A stretch of DNA of 52,405 bases, taken from the IMG/VR virus record IMGVR_UViG_3300021440_000028, positions 1 through 52,405 of that record, one strand, 5' to 3'. Under the pieces are notes generated by a model. It saw only the letters and a program-made list of their open reading frames with translations, was not told the origin of the DNA and searched no databases. The DNA is from a virus (Duplodnaviria > Caudoviricetes). Shown piece by piece: positions 35,444-44,857 of this stretch. How positions within the stretch are numbered: position 1 is the first letter of the stretch; each line of letters starts with the position of its first letter. The translations under genes and the position numbers were made by a program.

Positions 35444-36375
35444 CCGAGACGAGACCTGCACCGCTGGTGCCCGCTGAGGTCGACCTGCGCGACTTCGCCT
35501 TCATGCCGCTGGACGTTCTGCGGCTTCGCGACTCCGACCTGTCCTGCGTTGAAGACGCCGAAGTGTTCCGGTGCGCCGTGTTGTCCTGGTGCGTGGCGTG
35601 GCACCAGACGCCGGCCGCAAGCCTGCCGGACGACGACACGCTGCTGTCGCGTCTGCTTGGCTTCGGCCGAGACGTGAAGGGCTGGAAGCGCATCCGGGCT
35701 GCCGGTGGACTGAGAGGCTGGATCGAGTGCGACGACGGCCGCCTCTACCACCCAGTGGTGGCGGAGAAGGCCCGCGACGCCTGGCGCGGCAAGCTGGAAC
35801 AGCGCTGGCGCACCGAGGCAGCCAGGGTGAAGAAGCACAACCAACGGCACCGCCTGGACGGCGACAGCGCGGTGGTGATGCCCGAGTTCGACGAATGGAT
35901 GTCACTCGGTTGTCCCTGGGGACAAAGCCTTCCTGTCCCTGGGACACGCGACGAATGTCCCGAGAGACATCCTACCCATGTCCCCCGGGAAACAGCATCC
36001 AAGGGACAGGGAGAGGGACAGGGACAGGGAGAGGGACAGGGAGATTTATTGAATACACCTCCTGACGGAGGTAGCGGCCCGGCGCCGCGCGCCGAACCGC
36101 CGGCCCCGCTGCCAGCTCCGCCTTTCGACGGGACCAATGCCGAAGCGCTCAACGGCAAGGCCGTGGTGCCCATCGCCGTGAACTGGGCGCTCCCCGAGCA
36201 GTGGGGGATCGACGCCGAGGCGTTGGGCTGGCGCCCCGCCGAGGTCGAGCGAGAGGCCGAGAAGTTCCGGCAGTACTGGGCTGCCGGGCGCGGCAAGGGA
36301 ACCCGCCGCAGCGTCAAGGGCTGGCGCCAGTCGTGGAGCGCGTGGCTCGACAAGGCAGCGAGGGATCACCGATGA
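35440..36375 (+). CDS. Replication initiator (DUF1376/YdaU-like)
   Basis: VDLRDF.FMPLDV.RLRDS, WHQ.PA.SLPDDD and DGRLYHPVVAEKA motifs; contains iterons. Confidence 0.85.
   Translation: MTETRPAPLVPAEVDLRDFAFMPLDVLRLRDSDLSCVEDAEVFRCAVLSWCVAWHQTPAASLPDDDTLLSRLLGFGRDVKGWKRIRAAGGLRGWIECDDGRLYHPVVAEKARDAWRGKLEQRWRTEAARVKKHNQRHRLDGDSAVVMPEFDEWMSLGCPWGQSLPVPGTRDECPERHPTHVPRETASKGQGEGQGQGEGQGDLLNTPPDGGSGPAPRAEPPAPLPAPPFDGTNAEALNGKAVVPIAVNWALPEQWGIDAEALGWRPAEVEREAEKFRQYWAAGRGKGTRRSVKGWRQSWSAWLDKAARDHR
35911..36056. repeat. Putative replication origin iterons
   Basis: Four TGTCCC..(G)GACA-type inverted units, then tandem GGGACA/GGGAGA hexamers at 36003-36044 and AT-rich TTTATTGAATA. Confidence 0.7.
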
Positions 36376-36905
36376 GCACCACCTACCGTGCGTCGCGGCG
36401 CGACCAGCGCATCGCCGACGAGTTCCTGGACGGGCATGGTCCGTGCGCCTTCTGCGGCAACTCGGCGCCGAAGGACGAGCTGGCCAACTTCGGCGCGCGC
36501 TGCAGGCCCTGCTACGACGCCTACTGCCGCGGCGATCGGCTGTATCCGCAGCTGTCGCCGCAGCAGCGCCGCGCCATGGCCGACCAGGTGCGCAGCGCGC
36601 TGTCCGGTCGGCTGCGCATCTCGGGCCGCGAGCACATCGCCCAGCTGCAGGCCCGCGCTGATGCCGGCGAGGCGATGAGCCCGGGCCAGCACGGCTTCCT
36701 GCAAGCGGTGCGTCGTGCTGCTGGCCTGCCCGATGAGCCGCGCCAGGCGCTTCCTGCTGAGCCCGCAGTGACCGCTGTCGCCCCGATGCCTGCTGCGGAC
36801 CACCTTCCGCCACTGCCCGAAGAGATCCCGCCCTGGGTCCTGGACGACATCCCGCCGGCCGACGACGTCGAGTTTCCGGCCGCCAACGCATCCGAGCCCG
36901 CATGA
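36372..36905 (+). CDS. Zinc-binding protein at the helicase-loader position
   Basis: CAFC...CRPC; coupled to the initiator. Confidence 0.6.
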   Translation: MSTTYRASRRDQRIADEFLDGHGPCAFCGNSAPKDELANFGARCRPCYDAYCRGDRLYPQLSPQQRRAMADQVRSALSGRLRISGREHIAQLQARADAGEAMSPGQHGFLQAVRRAAGLPDEPRQALPAEPAVTAVAPMPAADHLPPLPEEIPPWVLDDIPPADDVEFPAANASEPA

Positions 36906-37504
36906 CCAAGCCCACCACCAAGCCCACCGGCGGCGTTCGCACGCTGGCCGACCTGCGCGACCGCTGCACCATCGACGAAGAGACCGGGTGCTGGAACTGG
37001 TGCCTCGCCGTGGCGACCAGCCGCGGAGGCGTGATTCCGATGGTTCACCTCGCTGCCGGCGTGCTGCCGGGCGTGGATCGGCAGTCCACGGTGCCTGCCG
37101 CCCGCGCGGCGTGGCTGCTGTCCGGACGGAAGCTGAAGCGCGGGCACGTGGTCTATCGCCTCGTCTGCGAAGCGAAGCGCTGCATCAACCCGGAGCACTG
37201 CGCCGCCGCTACTCGGCCGGATGCCCTGGCAGCAGTGGCCGCCACTGGCCGCAACCGCGGCAAGCCGCAGCGCCAGGTGAGCACCGCGCTGGCCCGCCGC
37301 TGCATGGCCAAGCCGGTTGATGTGGTGCGCCGCGCCGAGGAGCTGTTCGCAGCCGGCGCGATGCAGAAGGACGTGCGCCTGCAGCTGGGGCTGTCGCAGA
37401 AGACCGCGGCAGCCATCCGCGAGGGGCGCCATATGCACAGCGCCGGGCGCCAGGGTGTGCTGCGCGGTGCGTCGGTCTTTACGCTGGGAGTGCCCGCAAC
37501 GTGA
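36902..37504 (+). CDS. HNH-like (zinc-binding loop) protein with a C-terminal HTH
   Basis: TGCWNW and C...RCINPEH motifs. Confidence 0.7.
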   Translation: MTKPTTKPTGGVRTLADLRDRCTIDEETGCWNWCLAVATSRGGVIPMVHLAAGVLPGVDRQSTVPAARAAWLLSGRKLKRGHVVYRLVCEAKRCINPEHCAAATRPDALAAVAATGRNRGKPQRQVSTALARRCMAKPVDVVRRAEELFAAGAMQKDVRLQLGLSQKTAAAIREGRHMHSAGRQGVLRGASVFTLGVPAT

Positions 37505-37959
37505 TCCACCTCGTGCTGCCATACCCGGTGTCCGCCAACCGCTACTGGAAGGCCGTCACCATCCCCGGCCGGACCATGATGGCGCCGTCGAAGGAGGCCA
37601 AGGCCTACAAGGCCGAGGTCTCGAAGATCGCCCGCGCTGCCGGCCTGGCGGCACCGATGGCTTGCCGTGTCGAGATGTGGCTGAGGCTCTACCCGGCCCG
37701 CCCGCAGGACTGGGCTCGGCGCACTCGCCTGGATCCGGCAGGCTGGGATGACGACGTCCGCTGCATCGATCTGGGCAACGCCGAGAAGGTGCTGGGCGAC
37801 GCGCTGCAGGGCATCGTCTACGTCGACGACAAGTGGATCTGGCGCCAGCACAAGGAACGCATGGAGCCGGACGCGAAGGGCGCTCGCGTGGAGTTGGCGA
37901 TCCGCGCGATGGCGCCGCGCCTGGTGCCGCAGGCCGAGCTGCTGGAGCGGGCCGCGTGA
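37501..37959 (+). CDS. rusA: RusA-like Holliday junction resolvase
   Basis: LPYPVSANRYW and D..N..KVL.DALQG..Y.DD motifs. Confidence 0.85.
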   Translation: MIHLVLPYPVSANRYWKAVTIPGRTMMAPSKEAKAYKAEVSKIARAAGLAAPMACRVEMWLRLYPARPQDWARRTRLDPAGWDDDVRCIDLGNAEKVLGDALQGIVYVDDKWIWRQHKERMEPDAKGARVELAIRAMAPRLVPQAELLERAA

Positions 37960-38120
37960 TGGTGTACCTGGTCCCGCCAGGCCGCGGCAATCACTCGCCG
38001 CTGGTGCTGGTCTACGACACGAAGCGCCGCGACGAGCTGCCGCTGCCGATCGACCTGAAGCGCGGTGACCGCGTCGCTGTGCTCGGCAGCGTGTGGCGCG
38101 TGCAGAAGGTGGTGCAGTGA
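37959..38120 (+). CDS. Small hypothetical protein
   Basis: L.PPGRGN..PL motif; coupled start. Confidence 0.55.
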   Translation: MVYLVPPGRGNHSPLVLVYDTKRRDELPLPIDLKRGDRVAVLGSVWRVQKVVQ

Positions 38121-38208
38121 TGGCCCCGGTCTGCCCGCTGTGCCGCGGCCCGCACCCCCTCAGCCGTTGCCCTGGCTGGCTCGGACGGCGCAAGCAGCCG
38201 AAGGCCGG

Positions 38209-38487
38209 ATGACAGCCGTTGCATGCCCCGACTGCACTCGCAGCCGCGCAGGCCTGTGGTGCGGGTACATGGCCAGCTGCCCGGACTGCTGCGCCCGGGC
38301 CATCGCCCGCAGCCTCCCCGCATTCCAGGCGCTGCACCCGCGCGGCAGCGGCGAGCGCGACCCGTTGCGCGACGCCATCCAGCGCGCCATGCCAACCACC
38401 GACTACGCCACCGCCCGCCGCATGGTCTGGGCCTGGTGGCAGCACGATCACCCCGAAGCTCTGGCGCACGCGCCTGCCAAACCATGA
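38209..38487 (+). CDS. Small Cys-rich protein
   Basis: CPDC...C..CPDCCAR. Confidence 0.6.
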   Translation: MTAVACPDCTRSRAGLWCGYMASCPDCCARAIARSLPAFQALHPRGSGERDPLRDAIQRAMPTTDYATARRMVWAWWQHDHPEALAHAPAKP

Positions 38488-39143
38488 ACACTGCCAGCAC
38501 CCTTCAGCAAGTTCCGGCAACCTTCGCCGCATCCAAGATCATCGGCAAGCACCGATTCGGTCCAGGCCTTGTTCTTCGCGTTGCTGCTGTCGGGTCTTCG
38601 TGGATCTTCCGGTACACGTCGCCAGTCACCGGGAAACGGCGCGAGATAGGGCTTGGCCCGCTGGCAGCAATGAACGACGAGCAGTTCGCGGCTGAGTTGG
38701 CGCGCCACCGATCCGACGTGCACAAGTTCCACATGGAGATTCGACAGGGGCGTTGTCCGCTGGCCGAGAAGCAGGCCGCTGATGCCAGCAGAAAGGTCGA
38801 GTCAATCCGAAGCCGGGGGCTGACCGTCCGAAGAATGTTGCGCAAGTGGTGCGATGCAAACGAGAGCCGATGGTCGACGAAGTACGCATCGTCAGTGGCG
38901 CGGATGATCGAGAACGATCCGCCAGGGTGGCTGCTGGACATCCCGGCCATCGACTTGACGGCAGAGCACGTCATCGATGCGCTGCGCGAGATGGAGCGGA
39001 ACATCCCCGCCCGCCGGATCGACCTTGCGCGGCAGCGCCTCTCATGGGCCCTGGAGTGGATGATCGACGGCGGCCACCTGTCCGCGAACGCGGCCGGCGT
39101 GCTGCGCATCGTGCGTGGGCGCTTTGCCGAGGTCGACGCATGA
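38484..39143 (+). CDS. Integrase arm-binding plus core-binding domain protein, no catalytic domain
   Basis: G.GL.LRV...SWIFRY..P.TGKRRE.GLG arm-binding motif, then a helical SAM-like domain; ATGA overlaps at both ends. Confidence 0.75.
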   Translation: MNTASTLQQVPATFAASKIIGKHRFGPGLVLRVAAVGSSWIFRYTSPVTGKRREIGLGPLAAMNDEQFAAELARHRSDVHKFHMEIRQGRCPLAEKQAADASRKVESIRSRGLTVRRMLRKWCDANESRWSTKYASSVARMIENDPPGWLLDIPAIDLTAEHVIDALREMERNIPARRIDLARQRLSWALEWMIDGGHLSANAAGVLRIVRGRFAEVDA

Positions 39144-39667
39144 ACTTCGCCGACCGCTACGCCCCCGCCACCCGCGCCAGCAACCTCGGCAGCAAGCCGG
39201 ACACGACCAGCAGCCCCAGCGACGTGCTGGGCGCCGCCGGGCTGGCCGCCAAGCGCGTGCCATTGGGCATCGCCCTGATGCGCCTGCTGTCGGGCGACAA
39301 CCACGCGATCCGGCCGATTGTGGAGATGCTGGCCGGCATGGCATGGGACCGAGCCCGCCGCGACGGTGTGAAGCTGCGCCGCACGCAGGCCGAGGACATG
39401 GCGCAGACGGTGCTGGACTGGTGCCGCGATGGTCGCTGCCGGCGCTGCGGCGGCCACGGCTTCAAGCTGATCCCGGGCGCCCCGGCGCTGAGCGAGCATC
39501 CGTGCCCCAGCTGCCAGGGCGGGAAGGTACGGTTTGATCGCCTGTTCGCCATGGAGCGCTTGGGCGTGGCGTGGTGGCTGCGGGAGCAGATCGAGCGAGA
39601 CATGGCGATGGCCGGCCCCGAGGCCATGAAGGCGCTGGCGGAGCGCATGACGCTCCCCGGGGCTTGA
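39140..39667 (+). CDS. Q-like late antiterminator
   Basis: DVL.A.GL, CRRC.G.G and CPSC.G.G zinc finger; immediately upstream of the late promoter. Confidence 0.75.
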   Translation: MNFADRYAPATRASNLGSKPDTTSSPSDVLGAAGLAAKRVPLGIALMRLLSGDNHAIRPIVEMLAGMAWDRARRDGVKLRRTQAEDMAQTVLDWCRDGRCRRCGGHGFKLIPGAPALSEHPCPSCQGGKVRFDRLFAMERLGVAWWLREQIERDMAMAGPEAMKALAERMTLPGA

Positions 39668-39690
39668 CAGGCGCGGGATTTGCATACAAT
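39664..39690 (+). promoter_or_regulatory. Putative late promoter PR'
   Basis: TTGACA 39664-39669 and TACAAT 39685-39690, but the spacer is short (15 bp). Confidence 0.55.
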
Positions 39691-39768
39691 CCGGCCCAAG
39701 CCGACAGAGCCGCGATCACTGCGGCACAAGCAAAAGAGGCCCCGCCCACGCTGGCGGAGCCGACCCCG

Positions 39769-39800
39769 AAAAGCCCGCCACCGTGCGGGCTTCGTCGTTT
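39769..39800 (+). terminator. Putative tR'-like terminator
   Basis: AAGCCCGC-CACCGT-GCGGGCTT then CGTCGTTT. Confidence 0.55.
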
Positions 39801-39917
39801 CTGGACGGCCGGCGGCCTGGGCCGGCGGCGCGGAGTCACAGACCGCGCCCATGCATTCGCACCGCGCTGCCCGGTGACCAGGTGAGGAAGCAAACAGCAT
39901 GCGCCCAGCGCGGACCA

Positions 39918-39999
39918 CGGCCGGACGGTCGCCCGCGTGAGTCTGATGGGCGCGTTCCGCCGGCGGATGCCGGCACCTTGCCGCGGTGGATGCCGAGGC
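39918..39999 (+). promoter_or_regulatory. Three GGAY-tetraloop hairpins in the terS leader
   Basis: 39918-39931, 39959-39974 and 39980-39999. Confidence 0.6.
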
Positions 40000-40010
40000 G
40001 GGAGAAGCGT

Positions 40011-40523
40011 ATGGCCAGAGCGCAAGCCCAGCCGGCGCAGCAGAAGTCCAAGGGCGGACGCCCAACCAAGTTCGACGCCAAGCTGGTGAAGCAGGCCCGC
40101 GAGCTGGCGCTGCTGGGCCTGACCGATGCCGAGATGGCAAAGGTGTTCGACGTCGCGAACTCGACGTTCAAGGAGTGGAAGGCAGCGCATCCGGCGTTCG
40201 CGCGGGCGCTGATCGACGGCAAAACCATCGCCGACGCCCAGGTCGCCGCCAGCCTGCACCACCGCGCCGTCGGCTACAGCCACCCCGAGACGGTCATCAA
40301 CGCCTGGCAGGGGACGATCATCAAGACGCGGGTGATCCGACACTACCCGCCAGATACCCAGGCGGCCCTAAAGTGGCTGCACAACCGGCACCCGAGCCGC
40401 TGGCGTGCCCAGCCCGAGCCGATGGATGACGACGAGGCGCCGCCGCCGGTCAAGGTCGTGATCGAAGTCAAGGACGCCCGCAAGCGCCCCGACGATGCCG
40501 AGCCTGAACCGGCCACAGGCTGA
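40011..40523 (+). CDS. terS: Terminase small subunit
   Basis: GRPTKF, LGLTD.EMA..F.V, ADA.VA.SL..RA.GY and HYPPDT.AA..WL.NR motifs. Confidence 0.9.
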   Translation: MARAQAQPAQQKSKGGRPTKFDAKLVKQARELALLGLTDAEMAKVFDVANSTFKEWKAAHPAFARALIDGKTIADAQVAASLHHRAVGYSHPETVINAWQGTIIKTRVIRHYPPDTQAALKWLHNRHPSRWRAQPEPMDDDEAPPPVKVVIEVKDARKRPDDAEPEPATG

Positions 40524-41778
40524 GTTCCTGGCGCTGCCGCAGAAGTACCGGGCCTATGTCGCCGGCTTCGGGGCAGGAAAGACCTTTGCGGGAGCCGCAG
40601 CGCACTGCAGGCACTCGCTGGAGTGGCCGCGGGTCAACGCCGGCTACTTCGCGCCGACCTACCCGCTGATCCGGGACATCTTCTATCCGACGATCGAGGA
40701 GGTCGCGCACGACTGGGGCTTGCGGGTCAAGGCGCACGAGTCGAACAAGGAGGTGCACCTCTTCAGCGGCCGGCAGTACCGCAGCACGATCATCTGTCGC
40801 AGCCTGGAGAAGCCGGCCGACATCGTCGGCTTCAAGATCGGCCACGCCCAGGTCGACGAGCTGGACCTGCTGAAGCCGGACAAGGCGGCGGCGGCCTGGC
40901 GGAAGATCCTCGGTCGGATGCGTTACAAGCGCGACGGCCTGCGCAACGGCATCGACGTGACCACGACGCCCGAGGGCTTCCGGTTCGTCTGGCAGCAGTT
41001 CGTGCGGGATGTCCGCGCGAAGCCCGAGCTGGCCAAGCTCTACGGCATGGTGCAGGCCAGCACCTACGACAACGAGGCAAACCTCCCCGACGACTACATC
41101 GACAGCCTGCGCGCCAGCTACCCGCGCCAGCTGATTCGCGCCTACCTGCGCGGCCTGTTCGTCAACCTGGCCAGTGGCAGCGTCTACGCCGACTTCGACC
41201 GCGAACTGAACGGCTGCACGACGCTGCCGCGCGAGGGTGAAACGCTGCACGTCGGCATGGACTTCAACGTGCTGAAGATGGCCGCGGTGGTCTTCGTCGA
41301 CCGCGACAACGACCCGCACGCCGTCGGCGAGTTCGCCAACGTGCGCGACACGCCGACGATGGTCAGGCTGCTGCGCGAGCGGTACGTGCTGGACAGGAAA
41401 GCGCCGCACAACCTGGTGATCTACCCCGACGCGAGCGGGCAGAACACCAGCAGCAAGAACGCCAGCGAGTCGGACCTGAGCATCCTGCGGCAGGCCGGCT
41501 TCACGGTGAAGGTCAACAGCCACAACCCGAAGGTCAAGGACCGGGTCAACGCCGTCAACGCCCTGATCCTGAACGACAAGGGCCAGCGCCGGCTGAAGGT
41601 CAACGCCCAGGCCTGCCCGCACTTCACCGAGGCGCTGGAACAGCAGGCCTACGACGAGCACGGCGACCCGGACAAGTCGGCGGGCCATGACCACCACAAC
41701 GACGCCGGCGGCTACCGCCTGGTCTACACCTGGCCGGTCAAGAAGCCGGGCGCGGTGATCACCAGCCTGCGCGCCTGA
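40495..41778 (+). CDS. terL: Terminase large subunit
   Basis: AGFGAGKT Walker A, VDELD Walker B, TTTPEG, GMDFN and DH..DA.GY motifs. Confidence 0.95.
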   Translation: MPSLNRPQAEFLALPQKYRAYVAGFGAGKTFAGAAAHCRHSLEWPRVNAGYFAPTYPLIRDIFYPTIEEVAHDWGLRVKAHESNKEVHLFSGRQYRSTIICRSLEKPADIVGFKIGHAQVDELDLLKPDKAAAAWRKILGRMRYKRDGLRNGIDVTTTPEGFRFVWQQFVRDVRAKPELAKLYGMVQASTYDNEANLPDDYIDSLRASYPRQLIRAYLRGLFVNLASGSVYADFDRELNGCTTLPREGETLHVGMDFNVLKMAAVVFVDRDNDPHAVGEFANVRDTPTMVRLLRERYVLDRKAPHNLVIYPDASGQNTSSKNASESDLSILRQAGFTVKVNSHNPKVKDRVNAVNALILNDKGQRRLKVNAQACPHFTEALEQQAYDEHGDPDKSAGHDHHNDAGGYRLVYTWPVKKPGAVITSLRA

Positions 41779-41792
41779 GAAAGCACCCCAGC

Positions 41793-43205
41793 ATGGCCCA
41801 AACCGTCGCATCACAGTCGCAGGAAGTCGCCGAGATGTCGGCCGACTGGGAGCTGTGTGAGGACCTGCTGGAAGGCACGCGGGCCATGCGCGCGGCGCGC
41901 GGCAAGTACCTGCCAAAGTGGCCGGCCGAGGAGGCCGACGCCTACGACGCCCGCGTGAAGTCGGCGGTCCTGTTCCCGGCCTACAGCCGCACGGTCTCGA
42001 CGCTGACCGGCAAGCCGTTCGGCAAGCCGCTGGTGCTGAGCGAGGATGCGCCGCCGCAGGTTGTCAAGTGGATGCAGGACGCCGACCGCGAGGGCCGCAA
42101 CCTGCACGCCTTCGCGGCCGACTGCATGCAGACGGCGCTGGGCTTCGGGTTCGGCGGCATCCTGGTTGAGTACCCGGTCGTGAAGCGCGAGCCCGGCTCC
42201 CGGCCGCTGACTCAGGCCGAGGAAGCGGCACAGAAGCTGCGGCCCTATCTGGTGCTGGTCAAGCCCGAGCGCATCCTGGGCTGGCGCACGCAGCGCGTGA
42301 ACGGCCAGACGGTGCTGACGCAGCTTCGGCTGATGGAGGAGATCGAGGAGCCCGACGGCGAGTGGGGCGTGAAGTGCGTCGACCAGGTGCGCGTGCTGAC
42401 GCCCGGAGCCTGGGAGATCTGGCGCAAGCCGGAGGGGAAGGATTGGCAGGACGCGACGCTGTTCGACAGCGGCACCACGTCGCTGGCCTACATCCCGTTC
42501 GTGCCGTTCTACGGACAGCGCGAGGGCTTCATGGAGGCCAAGCCCCCTTTGCTGGAGGTCGCACACCTGAACGTCGCGCACTGGCAGTCGGCCAGCGACC
42601 AGCAGAACATCCTGCACGTTGCCCGGGTGCCGATCCTGTTCGGCAAGATGCTGGGCGATGGCGTGACGCTGAAGGTCGGCGCGCAGTCTGGCGTGATGGC
42701 CACGACGCCCGAGGCCGATCTGAAGTGGGTTGAGCACTCGGGCGCGGCGATCGAGGCCGGCAAGGCAGATCTGGAGGCGCTGGAAGAGCGCATGCGCCAG
42801 GCCGGCGCCGAGCTGCTGGTGATCAAGCCTGGCCAGGTCACAGCAACGCAGACGGGCGTCGAGAACGCCGTCGGCATGTGCGCGCTGCAGCGCATCACGC
42901 TGGACCTGCAGGATGCGCTGAACGCGGCGCTGGCGATCGTCTCGGAGTACGCGAAGCTGCAGCCGGCGGCCACGGTCACGATCTACAGCGACTTCGGCGT
43001 GTCGACGCTGGCCGAGGCCTCCGCCGATCTGCTGCGCAACGCAGCCGATGGCGGCTACATCAGCGCGGTGTCGTTCCGCGAGGAACTGCGTCGCCGCAAC
43101 CAGTACGCGGTCGACGAGGACACCGAACTGGCGCGGCTGGAGGCGCAGGGGCCGAACCTGGGCACGGTGAACAACCCGGCGGGCGGCGGTGGCAACGCTC
43201 AATGA
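41793..43205 (+). CDS. Portal protein (DUF4055-like)
   Basis: GT.AMR.A..KYLP.WP.E, PPL..A.LN..HWQS.SDQ and TATQ motifs. Confidence 0.9.
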   Translation: MAQTVASQSQEVAEMSADWELCEDLLEGTRAMRAARGKYLPKWPAEEADAYDARVKSAVLFPAYSRTVSTLTGKPFGKPLVLSEDAPPQVVKWMQDADREGRNLHAFAADCMQTALGFGFGGILVEYPVVKREPGSRPLTQAEEAAQKLRPYLVLVKPERILGWRTQRVNGQTVLTQLRLMEEIEEPDGEWGVKCVDQVRVLTPGAWEIWRKPEGKDWQDATLFDSGTTSLAYIPFVPFYGQREGFMEAKPPLLEVAHLNVAHWQSASDQQNILHVARVPILFGKMLGDGVTLKVGAQSGVMATTPEADLKWVEHSGAAIEAGKADLEALEERMRQAGAELLVIKPGQVTATQTGVENAVGMCALQRITLDLQDALNAALAIVSEYAKLQPAATVTIYSDFGVSTLAEASADLLRNAADGGYISAVSFREELRRRNQYAVDEDTELARLEAQGPNLGTVNNPAGGGGNAQ

Positions 43206-44304
43206 CCGGCTGCAGGATGATGTCGTCTCGCACGCCGTCGACCTGCAGCAATTCGGAAATCACCTGGTCGCGAGGATCATCGCGCAGCTCAATCGGACCG
43301 ACGCAGAGCTGATCGGCCGGCTGCAGGCAGCCCTGGATGGGCTGCCGGCGACGGCCACAAGCGTGGAGAGGATCGGCGCGCTGCTGCAGAGCGTGCGGAC
43401 GCTGAACCTGACGGCCTACCAGGCGATCGAGCGCGAGCTGACCGCCGAGCTGCGCGCGCTGGCCGACTACGAGGCCGGGCACCAGCTGGAGCTGTTCCGC
43501 GCCGAGATCCCGCCGCAGATCGTCACCCGCGTGGGCGTGGCGGCGGTCAACGTCGAGCAGGTGTTCGCCGCGGCCATGTCCCGGCCGTTCCAGGGCCGGC
43601 TGCTGCGCGAGTGGGCGGCGGACATCGGCGAGGCCCGGATGGTGCGCATTCGCGACGCGGTGCGGCAGGGCTTCGTGCAGAACGAGAGCATCGGCCAGAT
43701 CGTGCAGCGCATCCGCGGCACGCGGGCCAGGGCCTACAAGGACGGCCTGCTGGAGATCGACCGGCGCGGCGCCGAGGCGGTGGTGCGGACGGCAGTCAGC
43801 CACACGGCCGGCTTCGTGCGCGATCGGTTCATGGAGCAGAACGGCGACCTCGTGAAGGCCGAGGTCTGGACATCGACGCTGGACAGCCGCACCAGCGAGG
43901 GATGCCGGATCCGCGACGGCCTGCAGTACACGCCAGGCGATCACAAGCCGATCGGGCACAAGGTGCCATGGCTCGGCGGGCCGGGCCGGCTGCACTGGTG
44001 CTGTCGCAGCACGGCGGTGCCGGTGGTGAAGTCCTGGCGCGAGCTGGGCGTGCCGATCGATGAGATGCCGCCCGGCGAGCGGGCCAGCATGGATGGCCAG
44101 GTGCCCGCCGACACGACGTTCGCGGCCTGGATCAAGCGGCAGAGCGCCGCGCGGCAGGATCAGGTGCTGGGCGCCACGCGCGGCCGGCTGATGCGTTCCG
44201 GCGGGATGGATCTGCCGGACTTCTACGACAACAAGGGGACGATGCTCACCCTGGACGAGCTGCGCCAGCGCGACGCGGCGGCATTCAGGCGGGCAGGGCT
44301 GTAG
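43189..44304 (+). CDS. Minor head protein (SPP1 gp7 / Mu gpF-like)
   Basis: VRTA..H.A, STLD.RTS..C..RDG and HW.CRST motifs. Confidence 0.88.
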   Translation: MATLNDRLQDDVVSHAVDLQQFGNHLVARIIAQLNRTDAELIGRLQAALDGLPATATSVERIGALLQSVRTLNLTAYQAIERELTAELRALADYEAGHQLELFRAEIPPQIVTRVGVAAVNVEQVFAAAMSRPFQGRLLREWAADIGEARMVRIRDAVRQGFVQNESIGQIVQRIRGTRARAYKDGLLEIDRRGAEAVVRTAVSHTAGFVRDRFMEQNGDLVKAEVWTSTLDSRTSEGCRIRDGLQYTPGDHKPIGHKVPWLGGPGRLHWCCRSTAVPVVKSWRELGVPIDEMPPGERASMDGQVPADTTFAAWIKRQSAARQDQVLGATRGRLMRSGGMDLPDFYDNKGTMLTLDELRQRDAAAFRRAGL

Positions 44305-44314
44305 CATCGGCGCC

Positions 44315-44551
44315 GTGCCGCTGCACCTGATCCCCGGAACCCCCGCGCCTGACACGCCAGCCGAGCGGGTGCGCAAGCGCCTGCGCGCGACGAAGCCGGC
44401 CGAGATGCTGCAGTGCCGGCGGTGCGCCGGCCGCGAGGTGCTTGTGAGCATCACCGGCGCGACGATCAAGGGCGGCAAGGTGTCCGGCGGGACGAAGGCA
44501 TGGCTGTGCGCGACGTGTCACCGCAAGGGCGAGAGGGTGGTGCTGGCGTGA
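44315..44551 (+). CDS. Small zinc-ribbon protein
   Basis: QCRRC.GRE...LCATC. Confidence 0.65.
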   Translation: MPLHLIPGTPAPDTPAERVRKRLRATKPAEMLQCRRCAGREVLVSITGATIKGGKVSGGTKAWLCATCHRKGERVVLA

Positions 44552-44685
44552 TCTGCAAGCCCCGCATCAAGCGCGACGGCCGCGGCTGGGCATGTGCAGG
44601 CCTTGGCAAGGAAGGCAACGGCAGGACGCCCCGCGCAGCGTTTCTCGACTGGCTGAACGAGGCCAGCTTCTTCCCGTACATCTGA
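44548..44685 (+). CDS. Small hypothetical protein
   Basis: KPRIK...W.C...G.G.TP..AF..W motif. Confidence 0.5.
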   Translation: MICKPRIKRDGRGWACAGLGKEGNGRTPRAAFLDWLNEASFFPYI

Positions 44686-44822
44686 AGCCCGCCGGACTGG
44701 CAGCGACGGGCCCAGCGCCAGCCGGCGAGCACCCCCGGCTGTCGAGACTGCCAGACCGGCCAACCAGGGCGCCGCGCTTGCCGGACGCGCACTCTCCAGC
44801 CCGACATCAGACGCACTACTCC

Positions 44823-44855
44823 GAAGGCCCCGCGGCGCAAGTCACGGGGCCTTTC
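44823..44855 (+). terminator. Hairpin/terminator upstream of the scaffold leader
   Basis: AAGGCCCCG/CGGGGCCTT stem followed by TCTC. Confidence 0.5.
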
Positions 44856-44857
44856 TC

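Noticed and set aside
36003-36044. CRISPR-like or VNTR array
   Set aside because: Hexamer repeats without spacers inside the initiator gene; these are iterons. No cas genes were seen.
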